Shown here in pieces: positions 12,632 to 26,192 of a stretch of DNA of 56,338 bases. The position numbers and the translations under genes were made by a program. The notes under the pieces are model-generated. The model saw only the letters and a program-made list of their open reading frames with translations. It was not told where the DNA came from and did not search any database. Origin of the DNA: Octopus bimaculoides (Eukaryota); assembly GCF_001194135.2 (NCBI RefSeq), contig NC_069005.1:12864511-12920848 (forward strand), in the 5' to 3' direction. Position 1 is the first letter of the stretch; the number at the start of each line of letters is the position of its first letter.

Positions 12632-13712
12632 TTGATTTGCTCGATTGAATATATATAATTATAAATTATAAATACATATTATATATTATAATTATAATTA
12701 TAAATATATTAAAATAAATATAATTAAATATNNNNNNNNNNNNNNNNNNNNNNNNNNNNNNNNNNNNNNNNNNNNNNNNNNNNNNNNNNNNNNNNNNNNN
12801 NNNNNNNNNNNNNNNNNNNNNNNNNNNNNNNNNNNNNNNNNNNNNNNNNNNNNNNNNNNNNNNNNNNNNNNNNNNNNNNNNNNNNNNNNNNNNNNNNNNN
12901 NNNNNNNNNNNNNNNNNNNNNNNNNNNNNNNNNNNNNNNNNNNNNNNNNNNNNNNNNNNNNNNNNNNNNNNNNNNNNNNNNNNNNNNNNNNNNNNNNNNN
13001 NNNNNNNNNNNNNNNNNNNNNNNNNNNNNNNNNNNNNNNNNNNNNNNNNNNNNNNNNNNNNNNNNNNNNNNNNNNNNNNNNNNNNNNNNNNNNNNNNNNN
13101 NNNNNNNNNNNNNNNNNNNNNNNNNNNNNNNNNNNNNNNNNNNNNNNNNNNNNNNNNNNNNNNNNNNNNNNNNNNNNNNNNNNNNNNNNNNNNNNNNNNN
13201 NNNNNNNNNNNNNNNNNNNNNNNNNNNNNNNNNNNNNNNNNNNNNNNNNNNNNNNNNNNNNNNNNNNNNNNNNNNNNNNNNNNNNNNNNNNNNNNNNNNN
13301 NNNNNNNNNNNNNNNNNNNNNNNNNNNNNNNNNNNNNNNNNNNNNNNNNNNNNNNNNNNNNNNNNNNNNNNNNNNNNNNNNNNNNNNNNNNNNNNNNNNN
13401 NNNNNNNNNNNNNNNNNNNNNNNNNNNNNNNNNNNNNNNNNNNNNNNNNNNNNNNNNNNNNNNNNNNNNNNNNNNNNNNNNNNNNNNNNNNNNNNNNNNN
13501 NNNNNNNNNNNNNNNNNNNNNNNNNNNNNNNNNNNNNNNNNNNNNNNNNNNNNNNNNNNNNNNNNNNNNNNNNNNNNNNNNNNNNNNNNNNNNNNNNNNN
13601 NNNNNNNNNNNNNNNNNNNNNNNNNNNNNNNNNNNNNNNNNNNNNNNNNNNNNNNNNNNNNNNNNNNNNNNNNNNNNNNNNNNNNNNNNNNNNNNNNNNN
13701 NNNNNNNNNNNN

Positions 13713-14283
13713 GTGAAAGATTTCAGAACATTTATAAAAAGAAAGTCTTACAGCTGTTTCCGTGATATTTTATATATCCTTTCATCGGAGACGGTGTGAG
13801 AAGATGGTTAAGCAATAGTTATCCGAGATAAGATATGAAATAGAGAGTGAAGTGGAGGAATGAAAACAGACGTGAGATATGCAGGGATATTGTATCTGCG
13901 GTTCCATTATTTAAGCAAAATGGTATACATATAAGATACCTGTTTTTGATTTGACCTTACAAAGACATTCCCAACTTTTAAGTCACTTCAAAAAAACCCT
14001 CGATTCAATAACACTGTTTACAAACTCTATACTTGGAACTTACACACAAGGTACAGGAATCTTATAGTGATACCATTCTGCCCAAATAATGAAACTGCAG
14101 ATACAACATCCCTGCATATCTCATGTCTGTTTTCTTTCTTCCACTTCACTTTCTATTTCATATCTTATCTAGAATAACTATTGCTTAACCATTTTCTCAC
14201 ACCGTCTTCGATGAAGGGATATACAATATATCCCAGAAACAGCTGTAAGACCTTCTCTTTATAAATGTTTCGAAATCTTTCAC
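13713..14283. mobile_element. Inverted-repeat element built from Penelope-like termini with hammerhead-like motifs
   Basis: Arms of about 230 bp (13713-13945 vs 14046-14283) pair throughout; each contains (C/T)CGATGA..GAAACAGCTGTA; the left end is hidden in an N-gap. Confidence 0.8.
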
Positions 14284-15309
14284 AGCCTTGGATTGTTATC
14301 TCATTCTGTTAGTTTTTTTTTATATACGCATGCTGATATAAGACCGACGTTGGACTCCTCATTCGCATAATCACCGAACCTGGAGCTTAACTATAGTCTG
14401 TCCATAGCACTTACTCAGCATTACCTGACACATTTGGGTCTTCTTGACACCATTAAATATATAAATATGTGTATATATATACATGTGTCTGTGTCTGTGT
14501 GTGTGTGTGNNNNNNNNNNNNNNNNNNNNNNNNNNNNNNNNNNNNNNNNNNNNNNNNNNNNNNNNNNNNNNNNNNNNNNNNNNNNNNNNNNNNNNNNNNN
14601 NNNNNNNNNNNNNNNNNNNNNNNNNNNNNNNNNNNNNNNNNNNNNNNNNNNNNNNNNNNNNNNNNNNNNNNNNNNNNNNNNNNNNNNNNNNNNNNNNNNN
14701 NNNNNNNNNNNNNNNNNNNNNNNNNNNNNNNNNNNNNNNNNNNNNNNNNNNNNNNNNNNNNNNNNNNNNNNNNNNNNNNNNNNNNNNNNNNNNNNNNNNN
14801 NNNNNNNNNNNNNNNNNNNNNNNNNNNNNNNNNNNNNNNNNNNNNNNNNNNNNNNNNNNNNNNNNNNNNNNNNNNNNNNNNNNNNNNNNNNNNNNNNNNN
14901 NNNNNNNNNNNNNNNNNNNNNNNNNNNNNNNNNNNNNNNNNNNNNNNNNNNNNNNNNNNNNNNNNNNNNNNNNNNNNNNNNNNNNNNNNNNNNNNNNNNN
15001 NNNNNNNNNNNNNNNNNNNNNNNNNNNNNNNNNNNNNNNNNNNNNNNNNNNNNNNNNNNNNNNNNNNNNNNNNNNNNNNNNNNNNNNNNNNNNNNNNNNN
15101 NNNNNNNNNNNNNNNNNNNNNNNNNNNNNNNNNNNNNNNNNNNNNNNNNNNNNNNNNNNNNNNNNNNNNNNNNNNNNNNNNNNNNNNNNNNNNNNNNNNN
15201 NNNNNNNNNNNNNNNNNNNNNNNNNNNNNNNNNNNNNNNNNNNNNNNNNNNNNNNNNNNNNNNNNNNNNNNNNNNNNNNNNNNNNNNNNNNNNNNNNNNN
15301 NNNNNNNNN

Positions 15310-15366
<57 letters not shown>

Positions 15367-15557
15367 TAATTGGTTGGTATGTATAGTTGTGTATCTATGT
15401 GTATATATATACATGTGTCTGTGTCTGTGTGTGTGTGTGCGCGTCTGTGTGTGTATGTCTGTATGTGATAGCAAAATATAGAACAGAAGATACATACATA
15501 ATTATATACATATATTTACACATATGCACATGTGTATTTACCTACCTGTTTATGTAA

Positions 15558-15624
<67 letters not shown>

Positions 15625-15674
15625 CATTTATATACATCTATATATATTTAACTATACACACACACACACATATA

Positions 15675-15705
<31 letters not shown>

Positions 15706-15896
15706 TCATAATTGTATAAAAGTGCATGGCTCCAGGAATGATTCTTTCTTCTCGAAACGTCATTCTAACAAAAGTGATTTTAGTTATATACCAGTAAATG
15801 CTCGTACAATTTTTGGAAGTGAACACAACATTTAACTTATATTTTTAGTAGTATTATATATATATGTATATACATATGTATGTATATATGTATGTA

Positions 15897-15986
<90 letters not shown>

Positions 15987-17002
15987 TTTAGATGTATATA
16001 TATATGTATATATATATATATGTATATATGTATGTATATATATGTATATGTATATGTATATATATGCATATACATATAGTGCACATATAGACACATAAAT
16101 GCTTATATACATACATATGCACAATACTATTATTTATAATATATACATACTCACTAAGATGTATTTGTGTTGGTGTGTGTGTGTGTGTGTTCATTTATAT
16201 ACAGATATGCTTCCCGATATGTAATTGCTTATAAAAATAAATATAAACAAACGCACACGCACAGAAACACGCGTACACATGCGCACACACACATAGAGAT
16301 ATGTACATAAGCGTGTGCGTTTGAATATGCCCATAAATAGATATAGAGATAAATATAATTTTGGTTTCTCCTTCCTTCTCACTGGCTCTCCCTGCTTCAG
16401 TCTCTCTCTTTCTTTCTCTCTCGTTTTGTCTCTCTCTTTCTCCCTCCCTCCGTCTCTCTCTCTCTTTTTAAAAATTTCTTCTAGAGTCCTCGCAATGGGA
16501 GACGAGAGCCTTCTGTTTGTAGTTATGCAGTCATTTTTTGTTTTTTTTTTGTTTTTTTTTATACCTTGTATATTTGTTTCAAAGTGTTTCTAATCTCGAA
16601 CGACATTCATTTGCTATTTCAAGCAACTAATATCTAACGGAATGTTGTGTGATGGCTGTTTATTAGTTTATAAGTATGTATGAGTGTGTACATATCTACA
16701 GCCTATTGGTTAGTGTGTTGCGCCCCTAATATCAAGATGGCGATTTCGATTACTCGACGGAGCTTTGCGTTGTCTTCTTGAGCAAAACACTTCATTTTGC
16801 GATGACTATGACAGCTGATGTGTGGCACACTGTGCACCTGTACAGCCATTATTGGATTTGATGGCAGGAATGAACTAATGTAGAGCGAAAACATTCGTCC
16901 GTTCTTACATTCTGAGTTCAAATTCCGCCGAGATCGACTTTACCGTTCATCCTGAAATTGCTAGCCTTGTGCCAAAATTTGAAATCAGTATGTAACATTG
17001 AT

Positions 17003-17220
17003 AAGGCTGCGAGCTGGTAGAATCATTAGCGCACCGGACAAATGCTTAGTGGCATTTCGTCCGTCCTCACATTCTAAGTCCAAATTCCGCCGAGATGCAC
17101 TTTGCCTTTCATTCTGTCGGGGTCGAAAAATAAGTACCAGTTGAGCACTGAGCTCGATGTAATTGACTTACACCACCCCCTTGAAATTCTTGGTTTTGTG
17201 CTAAAACTTGAGACCAATAT
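17003..17220 (+). mobile_element. SINE family B
   Basis: aggctgcgagctggtagaatcattagc..gcctttcattctgtcggggtcgaaaaataagtaccag..; preceded by a truncated copy at 16886-16991. Confidence 0.85.
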
Positions 17221-17532
17221 GTAACATCGATAATCTCTATCATAGCACCTAAAAGTCTTCATCGGGTAAGGTCGTGGTTTCCATTCCAAGACCAGTCAGT
17301 GCGATGTGCTCTTGTGCAAAACACTAGCTTTCCTTTTAAGGAGCATGTTGTGATCCCAGTCTTTTATACACCATGGAAACCGAGCAATCGACCCTGTCAG
17401 TCGTAGGAATCGATATAATACTTATAGCATAAAAGTAAACATAGAAGGTAAATTTAAGAAAAGACGATTTGGTATTACCACAGAATGAATCGAACTCTGA
17501 TTTCAAATATTTCAAGAAAGTATGATTGATTT

Positions 17533-17724
17533 AATTTCTTTTGACACAAAGCCAGCAATTTCAGGAGACGGGTAAGTCAATTACATCAACCCCAGTGCGT
17601 AAGTGGTACTTATTTTTATCGAATCCGTAGTATGAAAGGCAAAGTCGACCTCAGAACGTGAAGACGAACAAAAGGCCGCTCAGCATTTTGCCCTGCATGC
17701 TAGCGATTCTGCCAGCTCGCCTCC
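17533..17724 (-). mobile_element. SINE family B
   Basis: Reverse complement of the family B consensus. Confidence 0.85.
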
Positions 17725-17737
17725 CTCTACAAACGAA

Positions 17738-17950
17738 ATATTGGTTTCAAATTTTGGCACAAGGCCAGCAATTTCGGGGGAAGGGATAAATCAATTACAT
17801 CGACCCCAGTGCTTTACTGGTACTTATTTTATCGACCCCAAAATGATGAAAGGCAAAGTCGACCTCGGATGGATGTGAGTTCAGAACCTAAAGACGGACA
17901 AAACGCTGCTAAGCATTTTGTCCGGCATGCTAACTATTCTGCCAGCCTTA
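17738..17950 (-). mobile_element. SINE family B
   Basis: Reverse complement of the family B consensus, in tandem with the previous copy. Confidence 0.85.
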
Positions 17951-18385
17951 CAGCGAAAGTATAATAGCCATTGTGTTATTTCTATATATGTATATTCGAT
18001 TATACTTGTGTCTAAGCATGTTTGTTTGAAAGTGAATGTATATGGATTTTCAGTTGAGACGACGTATGAGTACTGTGTATATAAATATATATGTGACCGT
18101 TGTGTAAACATAAATGTATGTATGTATGTATGTGTGTGTGTTCGTGTGTGTGTGTGCATCTGTTGGTATGTTGAAGGAATTTTATTTTTATTTAAAGATA
18201 GGAATATAATAATGGTGATAGAGAAACATAAAATTTTAGATTGCATTCACTAAATTGCCATTAATTACTATGTCCGTTGATTAATTTTTGCGATTATCTT
18301 ATTCCTCCCGTATCGTTATCTTTGTTTTATCTTCTTCACGAATTTACATACATACATTCCTGTATACATAGATACATACTTACAT

Positions 18386-18404
18386 ACAGATAGATAGATA
18401 GATG

Positions 18405-18453
<49 letters not shown>

Positions 18454-18470
18454 GTAGATAGGTAGATAGG

Positions 18471-18512
<42 letters not shown>
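18386..18512. repeat. (TAGA)n microsatellite
   Basis: Direct reading. Confidence 0.95.
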
Positions 18513-19159
18513 TTTAAGGACCTTGTTGTAATTTGTGTTTTATGTTACGTGTTTTGCGCTTAATAAAAGTGTTAAAAATCACACAAAAAAAATCTCAAAG
18601 AGAAACTCGTAAAAGATAAATAGGAATATAAGTACGTAATAAAATTGTTCTGGCATTTCTTTAAACGACGATTATTTACAAGCAAATATCAATTATAAGA
18701 TTAATAGCCGTAATATATAATATATAATGGTAATGGACCTATTCGTATGGATAAGACACTTGTTTATTGTTGTTGCCCTTGTTTGTTGCTTGTTGTCTTT
18801 AATTGTTTATCGGATTGTTTATTTATTAATAAACTCAGACTAGTGTTGTTGTCTTCACTATTTCTAGTAACACCAACTGGGTTAATCAAACGAATTCTGT
18901 CGTTGTTTGGTGTTTGATACCGATATTATTTCGTATCTATATAAAAGAGGGATACAAGTCGTCATGGCACAGCTGTTTTGGCGCCGCCTATTTAGCGTCA
19001 ATGATTTGACGCTGACTTATTTGACATCAGACATGTTAATGTTTCGATCGTTCTCTCATCCTGTCTTTTTCTTTCTCTCTTTCTCTAGCTTTTTTTTTGT
19101 GTGCTTGTGTGAGCAAACATATTTCTCTCTATCTGTATGAGCAGAGGGAAAGTGTTTAT

Positions 19160-19525
19160 GTCAATCAAGTAAGGTGTGGGGGCATGCACCGTTGCAACGC
19201 GTTATTGCATTCACCAATTACCGAAATATTCCCGGGTTCCCTGGGTGACCCGTCGACCAGAGTCTCAGTCAGTCCCCATCTTTGTGAGAAAACACCTCAT
19301 CCACCATGACCATGCAGTCGACCAACACGGGCCTCAATCCACCCGGATCCTCTGTGAAGAAAACACGATAAGCAAGGTCTAACTCGGAAAATTCGAGCCA
19401 CACGCCCAAACAGTCTGAGCTGACGCTTGTGAATCATACAAGTAACAGGATGCATTCCATCTTCTGATACGAAATCCTATCAATGGTATCCCATAATCCT
19501 GCGAAGAGTTCTGGTACCATGTTTA
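19160..19525 (-). mobile_element. RTE-clade LINE 3' end fragment
   Basis: Translation LRRIMGYHW*DFV..HPVTCMIHKRQLRLFG.VAR is typical of RTE ORF C-termini; frameshifted. Confidence 0.7.
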
Positions 19526-19586
19526 GTTGATAAACTGTAATGCTCCTCTTCCAATTTCATTATCTGCATGTATATATTTCGGCGTG

Positions 19587-19643
<57 letters not shown>

Positions 19644-20276
19644 TAGCATCCAGTGCCAAAAAGTACTCTCGCCAAAACAAATTCAATGTCCGGTCAGCCG
19701 GGCCAAACAGCCAGCGGTCAAGCAGCAGTCCAAGAAATTTTTGTCAATGGCTGAGATAATGAAAAACATGTGATCAAGTGGTTGTCAGTTTTGGTCTCAT
19801 TATCGATCGTAAGGATGTGTGTTCGATTTCTAAACGGAGCTGCTCGATGCTGTATCCTTGAACATGGCGCATCATTTCACATTCCTCTTTTATCTTGTCA
19901 ATTCGGTTGAAAATGTGTATCAAACGATTGCTGATACCACTCTCTTGCTCCTCCAGCCGTCATATCCTGGCTGTTCCACTGGATCAAGAATGAGAGCGCC
20001 TACGGAGTGATTATTCTTTCGTCTGTGTAAACCTGACACAGTCTACCAAAGCATATTAGCGAGTAGCATTTGGGTCTAAACTTACTCGGAGCAGGAAGAA
20101 CATTATTCTTCACATTGTCTAATAGATTTGTCAGATTGGAGAAGGAAAAAGAAAAAAGAAACCGCGATTTCTTGATTATCCGAGATGCTTAGCGGCATTT
20201 CGCCCGTCTTTACGTTTTCCTCTGAGGTCAACTCTGGGGTCAACTTTGCCTTTCATCCTTTCGGGGTCGGTCGATA

Positions 20277-21105
20277 AGCTGTGTGGTAAGTAGCTTGCTT
20301 ACCAACCACATGGTTCCGGGTTCCGTCCCACTGCGTGGTACCGTGGGCAATTGACTTCTACTACAGCCTCGAGCCGACCAAAGCCTTGTGAGTGGATTTG
20401 GTAGACGGAAACTGTAAAGAAGTCCATCGTATATATGTTTATATATATATATCTATATCTATGTATATATATATATATATATATATATNNNNNNNNNNNN
20501 NNNNNNNNNNNNNNNNNNNNNNNNNNNNNNNNNNNNNNNNNNNNNNNNNNNNNNNNNNNNNNNNNNNNNNNNNNNNNNNNNNNNNNNNNNNNNNNNNNNN
20601 NNNNNNNNNNNNNNNNNNNNNNNNNNNNNNNNNNNNNNNNNNNNNNNNNNNNNNNNNNNNNNNNNNNNNNNNNNNNNNNNNNNNNNNNNNNNNNNNNNNN
20701 NNNNNNNNNNNNNNNNNNNNNNNNNNNNNNNNNNNNNNNNNNNNNNNNNNNNNNNNNNNNNNNNNNNNNNNNNNNNNNNNNNNNNNNNNNNNNNNNNNNN
20801 NNNNNNNNNNNNNNNNNNNNNNTATATATATGTATGTATGTGTGTGTGTGTGTGTGTTTGTATGTATGTATGTATGTATGTATGTGTATGTGTTTGTGTG
20901 TCTGTGTTTGTCCCCCCAACATCGCTTGACAACCGATGCTGGTGTGTTTACGTCCCCGTAAATTAGCGGTTCGGCACAAGAGCTCGATAGAGTAAGTACT
21001 AGACTTACAAAGAATAAGTCCTGGGGTCGATTTGCTCGAGTAAAGGCGGAGCTCCAGCATGGCCGCAGCCAAGTGACAGAGACAAGTAACAGAGTAAAAA
21101 GAGTA
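20277..21105 (+). mobile_element. SINE family A with assembly gap in its internal microsatellite
   Basis: Head 20277-20430, (TA)n plus N-gap plus (TG)n, tail 20895-21105. Confidence 0.9.
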
Positions 21106-21397
21106 TATCTCACATATTTTATATCAATATACACCTCGTTACACCTTTATGAAAACCAATTTTGCTAAGTTATATTCAAAATAATTTTTAAAAAAGGAAA
21201 CTATTTCATTCAAAACTTGCACATTTTGGATTATTTTCAAAATTAATTAAAATGTAGAGATAATATATTTAGAACTATAGTCACGAAAGGGTTAATTAGC
21301 TTAACTGAATTCTAATACGGCACAGGTGAATCAAATGTGATATATAGCCATGTGTGGATACATACGTATATGTATATATGTGCAAGTGTGTGTGTTC

Positions 21398-21428
<31 letters not shown>

Positions 21429-21637
21429 CGTGTGTGTGTGTGTAAGTATTTGTGCATATACAAATATACACAGACACACAAACACATATACATACATATA
21501 CACGCACACATGCATATATATGTATATATACACACATGCATATATTTATATGTACATATCTAGATACAGATATATATACATATATATAAATATATATATG
21601 TACATACATATATGCATATATATATATATATATATAA

Positions 21638-21699
<62 letters not shown>

Positions 21700-21705
<6 letters not shown>

Positions 21706-21920
21706 TTGTGAGTTTGTCTGTGCTTTCCCACTACCACCCCTTGACAACCTATGCCGGTGTGTTTACGTCCCCTTAAATTAGCGGTTCGACAAAAGATAAC
21801 GATAGAACAAGTACTAGGCTTACAAATAATAAATCCTGGAGTCGATTTGGTCGACTAAAGGTCGTGCTCCATCATGACTGGAGTCAAAATAACTGAAAGA
21901 AGTAAAAGAATAAAAGGATA
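21700..21920 (+). mobile_element. SINE family A, 3' half
   Basis: cttgacaacctatgccggtgtgtttacgtcccc..gactaaaggtcgtgctcc..gtaaaagaataaaagg. Confidence 0.8.
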
Positions 21921-21925
21921 CACGC

Positions 21926-21986
<61 letters not shown>

Positions 21987-22169
21987 ATACAAAGTGGTTA
22001 AAGTTCACTACCGCTGTTTCAGGTTAGTCTTTCTATTGATGAATAATTCGACTGCATTATGAAAATAAACGTTTTCTTCAGGTGAATTAAAAATTAGAAA
22101 TTAAAAATTTGTTTCAGAGAAAAAAAAGATGAAATTGTGGGACACGGACTGACCCTTTCATTTCAGCAC

Positions 22170-22240
22170 CAAAGAAGAGAGAATCTCTTCTTTGCTTGCC
22201 AAAATCCACATTCTACATCTTGGTATTATATTTGATATAC
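22170..22240 (-). CDS. Candidate exon (GISNIIPRCRMWILASKEEILSSL)
   Basis: Acceptor ccccattttcttcag; phase-compatible with 23488-23645; donor TTG|gtgctg is weak. Confidence 0.2.
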
Positions 22241-22762
22241 CTGAAGAAAATGGGGTTTTTTTCATGTTTGTTTGTATGTTTTACCTGAAACAGGGAACCC
22301 TAAAATTATGTACATGTTATGACCGAGAGAGTGTCAGAATGTCATATAAGGTGATCGTTGTTAGTTATGTATGGAAGCTAAAGATAGAAAGTTAGATATA
22401 GAGATATACACAGAGCAGAACCACAACAATACCATAAGACGTAGAGCTGAGAATGAGGGAAGGGGGAATGTAATCGAATTATTCTTAAATAAATAACGTG
22501 TCCGAAACAGTTGTAGTGAACCATAACCCATTTGTGTTCGTTTCGTATGTAAACACCATACCTGGAACATTCCCCTATGTTGGATCTGCAACTTACATTG
22601 GATTGTGAAACTACATGTCGGTGTCCATGGGTATATGATTTCATGTACATGTATACCTATTCGTATGTGTATATTGATGTGTGCATTTACATGTACATAT
22701 AAGTGTGTGAATATGTCTCTTTATGCATAGGTATATATGTGCGTGTCTGTGTATGGTATATA

Positions 22763-23085
22763 CGAAATGTAGTCAAAAGTATCCGACAAATGGCAAAAAG
22801 CAAGTAATATTTTTTTAAAAACTCACCATTTTGATTTAGTGTCCTTCAAAATATTCTCCTTGGGAGTCTACACACTTCTGCCAGCGTTCCTGCCACTGCT
22901 GGAACCATTTCTGGAAATCCCTTTTTGGGGTGCTGTAGAGCTGTGACGTTGAATTTTGTTGAATGTCCTCTGTTGACTCAAATGCTCAGGAAGGATGCAG
23001 TCACCTAATACGCATGGGTATTTTGAACACACATTATTATTTTGTACAAAAAAGTCAAGGTCGGATACTTTTTGATTACACTTCG
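22763..23085 (-). mobile_element. mariner-derived MITE
   Basis: TIRs cgaaatgtagtcaaaagtatccgac and gtcggatactttttgattacacttcg; TA flanks; internal minus-strand DFQKWFQQWQERWQKCVDSQGEYFEGH* matches a mariner transposase C-terminus. Confidence 0.9.
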
Positions 23086-23093
23086 TACACGGA

Positions 23094-23160
23094 TTATCTT
23101 ATTAAAGATTCTCCTGTTATCTTATTAAAGATTCTCCTGTTATCTTATTAAAGATTCTTC
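23094..23160. repeat. 23-bp tandem repeat, about 3 copies
   Basis: (ttatcttattaaagattctcctg) x2.9. Confidence 0.95.
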
Positions 23161-23487
23161 TTCATCCTTTTTAAATTAGCTGTTATGAATTATATACCAA
23201 ACACGTTTTGCCTAACTAATTTTGATCTTTCATCAAATCTTTAACTATTAGACCTAAATTAATGCAGTTTAATTTTATTTAATGTTATTTAATTGAATTC
23301 ATTTTAACTAACTTCATTTTACCCGATATTTCTCGAACGATAGAGATGAGGCGGACAATTAAGTTATAAATTTTACGTATGTTTGATATACGCTTATTCA
23401 AAATTTCACCGTTCCCCTAGTTACGTTAACATACCATTCTTCCACAGATTGCTCGGGAAATAAATATGTTTGATAGTAATAATTTAC

Positions 23488-23645
23488 CCTGTGCTATGTT
23501 CTCACAGAATAGCACGCTCCTATGCTTGATGACATCTTGACATCCTAGCACTGTGAAATTGGCAAGTGTATAATAAATCAATGAAGGTAATTCGATATGT
23601 CCGTTATCAATAATCCCAATTCCACAAGTACGCTTGTAGGAGAAT
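23488..23645 (-). CDS. Candidate internal exon, unidentified (FSYKRTCGIGIIDNGHIELPSLIYYTLANFTVLGCQDVIKHRSVLFCENIAQ)
   Basis: 158 nt open between acceptor gtagattttcag and donor CAGG|gtaaat; in-frame stop just upstream of the acceptor; non-repetitive and less AT-rich than its flanks. Confidence 0.4.
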
Positions 23646-23847
23646 CTGAAAATCTACCGCAATAACTATAACTAAGCCGTGAAGGGAAAAGTTGAGTGCT
23701 AACTATTCCCTTAATCAATTGATTAATTAATTGATTGACTATGATTACAAACGTTCATAACAGTGAATAATGTTATGTAAAAACAGAACCCGTCATTCTT
23801 TGCCTGATACATACACACACAACACACATACATATACATATACATAC

Positions 23848-23890
<43 letters not shown>

Positions 23891-24073
23891 TATACATATN
23901 NNNNNNNNNNNNNNNNNNNNNNNNNNNNNNNNNNNNNNNNNNNNNNNNNNNNNNNNNNNNNNNNNNNNNNNNNNNNNNNNNNNNNNNNNNNNNNATATAT
24001 ATATATATATATATACACATATATGCATACATATATGAACATATATGAACATATACATATATATACATATATA

Positions 24074-24238
24074 CGACGTGTTTCTTTCAGTTTCTGTCGA
24101 CCAAATCTACTCACAAGTCTTTGGCCGGCCCGAGGCTATAGTAGGAGACACTTTCCCAACGTGCCACGTGTGGGACTGAACCAAGAACCATGTGGTTGGG
24201 AAGCAAGCTTCTTATCACACAGCCAATCCTGCACCTAT
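24074..24238 (-). mobile_element. SINE family A, 5' half
   Basis: Reverse complement of the family A head. Confidence 0.8.
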
Positions 24239-24249
24239 ATATATAATTA

Positions 24250-24442
24250 ATATGGACAGCAGTGTGCAATGTTTTACCAAAAAAGAAAATTATGCTATCA
24301 GCAAATATGTATTCAATTATGTGCTTTGAATACAGCATTATAACATTTTAGCTCTTATTTCTAGCAATGTAGCTGTTTCTAACACCTTACTTATAATATT
24401 TAGTGGCAATTATAGTTTTCCTTTTTGGTAAAACATTGGACA
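24250..24442. mobile_element. Hairpin MITE-like element
   Basis: gtgcaatgttttaccaaaaaagaaaattat pairs with atagttttcctttttggtaaaacattggacac. Confidence 0.6.
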
Positions 24443-25088
24443 CTCCTGTCTATATTAATTTTCTATATTCGCATTAGCGATTCGCTAAATCATCTATAGA
24501 TTGTTTTTTTATGGTGAAAACATACATACAGACAGAGAATTCAGTCCAGAATCTGCCGAAGTCGAGCCAGTCTTTACTGATAAGCGAACGGAAATTGCCG
24601 AGACTGACTGGTCAGTTTGGGAATTCTCGATCAGTATTTTCGGGCGATTATAGTCCCTATCAGTATATATATATATATATATATATNNNNNNNNNNNNNN
24701 NNNNNNNNNNNNNNNNNNNNNNNNNNNNNNNNNNNNNNNNNNNNNNNNNNNNNNNNNNNNNNNNNNNNNNNNNNNNNNNNNNNNNNNNNNNNNNNNNNNN
24801 NNNNNNNNNNNNNNNNNNNNNNNNNNNNNNNNNNNNNNNNNNNNNNNNNNNNNNNNNNNNNNNNNNNNNNNNNNNNNNNNNNNNNNNNNNNNNNNNNNNN
24901 NNNNNNNNNNNNNNNNNNNNNNNNNNNNNNNNNNNNNNNNNNNNNNCTGGGAGTTATCCTATCCATTTCTTATGTCGAAAGGCTAAGTTAGACTACGGAA
25001 ACAAACTTGAGTGTCAAGCATGTATCACGTCCTCGCGTTGTTACTTTTTTGTTTGTTCTTCTTTTTGGATTTACTATACACACACACG

Positions 25089-25150
<62 letters not shown>

Positions 25151-25619
25151 AACACGACGGGCTTCCTCACAGTTGCCGTCAAGCACATTCTTTCACAATG
25201 ATAGGCCAGAGATACAGTCAAAGACTCTTGCTCAAGGTGCTGCGCAATGGAACTGCACCTGAAACTATCTGGTTGCAAAACACCGTTATCAACCACATAA
25301 CCATATCTACACATATATATTACATACATACAGAAGCCAATGGGAGCCTTGCCTTATACAAGTAGTGCTTGAAAGCGCGTGTAAATAAACGCCCCTCCCA
25401 CCTGTGTCACTGTATAATTTTGAAACGGTCGCCAACACTTTTGAGTTTTAAATATTAAATAAAATATGAAACGTTTATGAATAAATTATACAATAATTTA
25501 TAGTCATTAAATATAGAAATACATTTTTTACTAGCAAAAACTGAAGAATAATTCTCCAAACAAGAAGTAATGATCAAACGTAGATTTTAGTAACTTTGGG
25601 GGAAAATATATAACATATA

Positions 25620-26005
25620 TAGCCGCGGGCATAGCTGTGCGATACGAAACTTGCTTCCCAACCACATAGTTCCATGGTCTGTCCAATTGCGTGACACCTT
25701 TGGTGAATGTCTTCTAACTATAGCCTCACGCCGATCAAAGCCTTGTGAGGGGAGTTGGCAGACGGAAACTGAAAAAAGCCCTTCATATATATGTGTATGT
25801 GTGTCTTTGCGTTTGTCTTACACCACCTCTTGACAACCGTTGCTGGTGTAACTCAGCTGTTCGGCAAAAAGGCCAATAGAATAAGGACCAGACGTTTGAA
25901 AAATTAGTACTTGGGTCGATACATTCGACTAAAATTTCTTTGTGGTGGTGCCCCAGCATCACCGTAGTCTAATAACTGAAACAAGTAAAAGGTAAAAGGT
26001 AAAAC
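25620..26005 (+). mobile_element. SINE family A (diverged)
   Basis: Head, short (TG)n and tail all present. Confidence 0.8.
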
Positions 26006-26192
26006 ATATATCTTTAACAATTATTTTTTAAATAATTATCTAAACAATAAAAGAAGTTGGATCTGTAGAGAATTATGGAATTTTTTGGAAAGTGGATCAG
26101 GATTTTAAATGGTTTGGCACCACAGACATAAATTCTTGATGTAGAGAGTTGTAATAAAAGTCAGAAAAACCAACATGAAAATGATCCATATA

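Noticed and set aside
17950-18070. Minus-strand exon candidate YSYVVSTENPYTFTFKQTCLDTSIIEY..
   Set aside because: The donor coincides with a SINE-B boundary and the acceptor lies in microsatellite-like sequence.
22118-22222. Plus-strand exon candidate (EKKDEIVGHGLTLSFQHQRRENLFFACQNPHSTS)
   Set aside because: It overlaps the minus-strand candidate, has a weak donor and has no partner exons; cannot be supported without RNA data.
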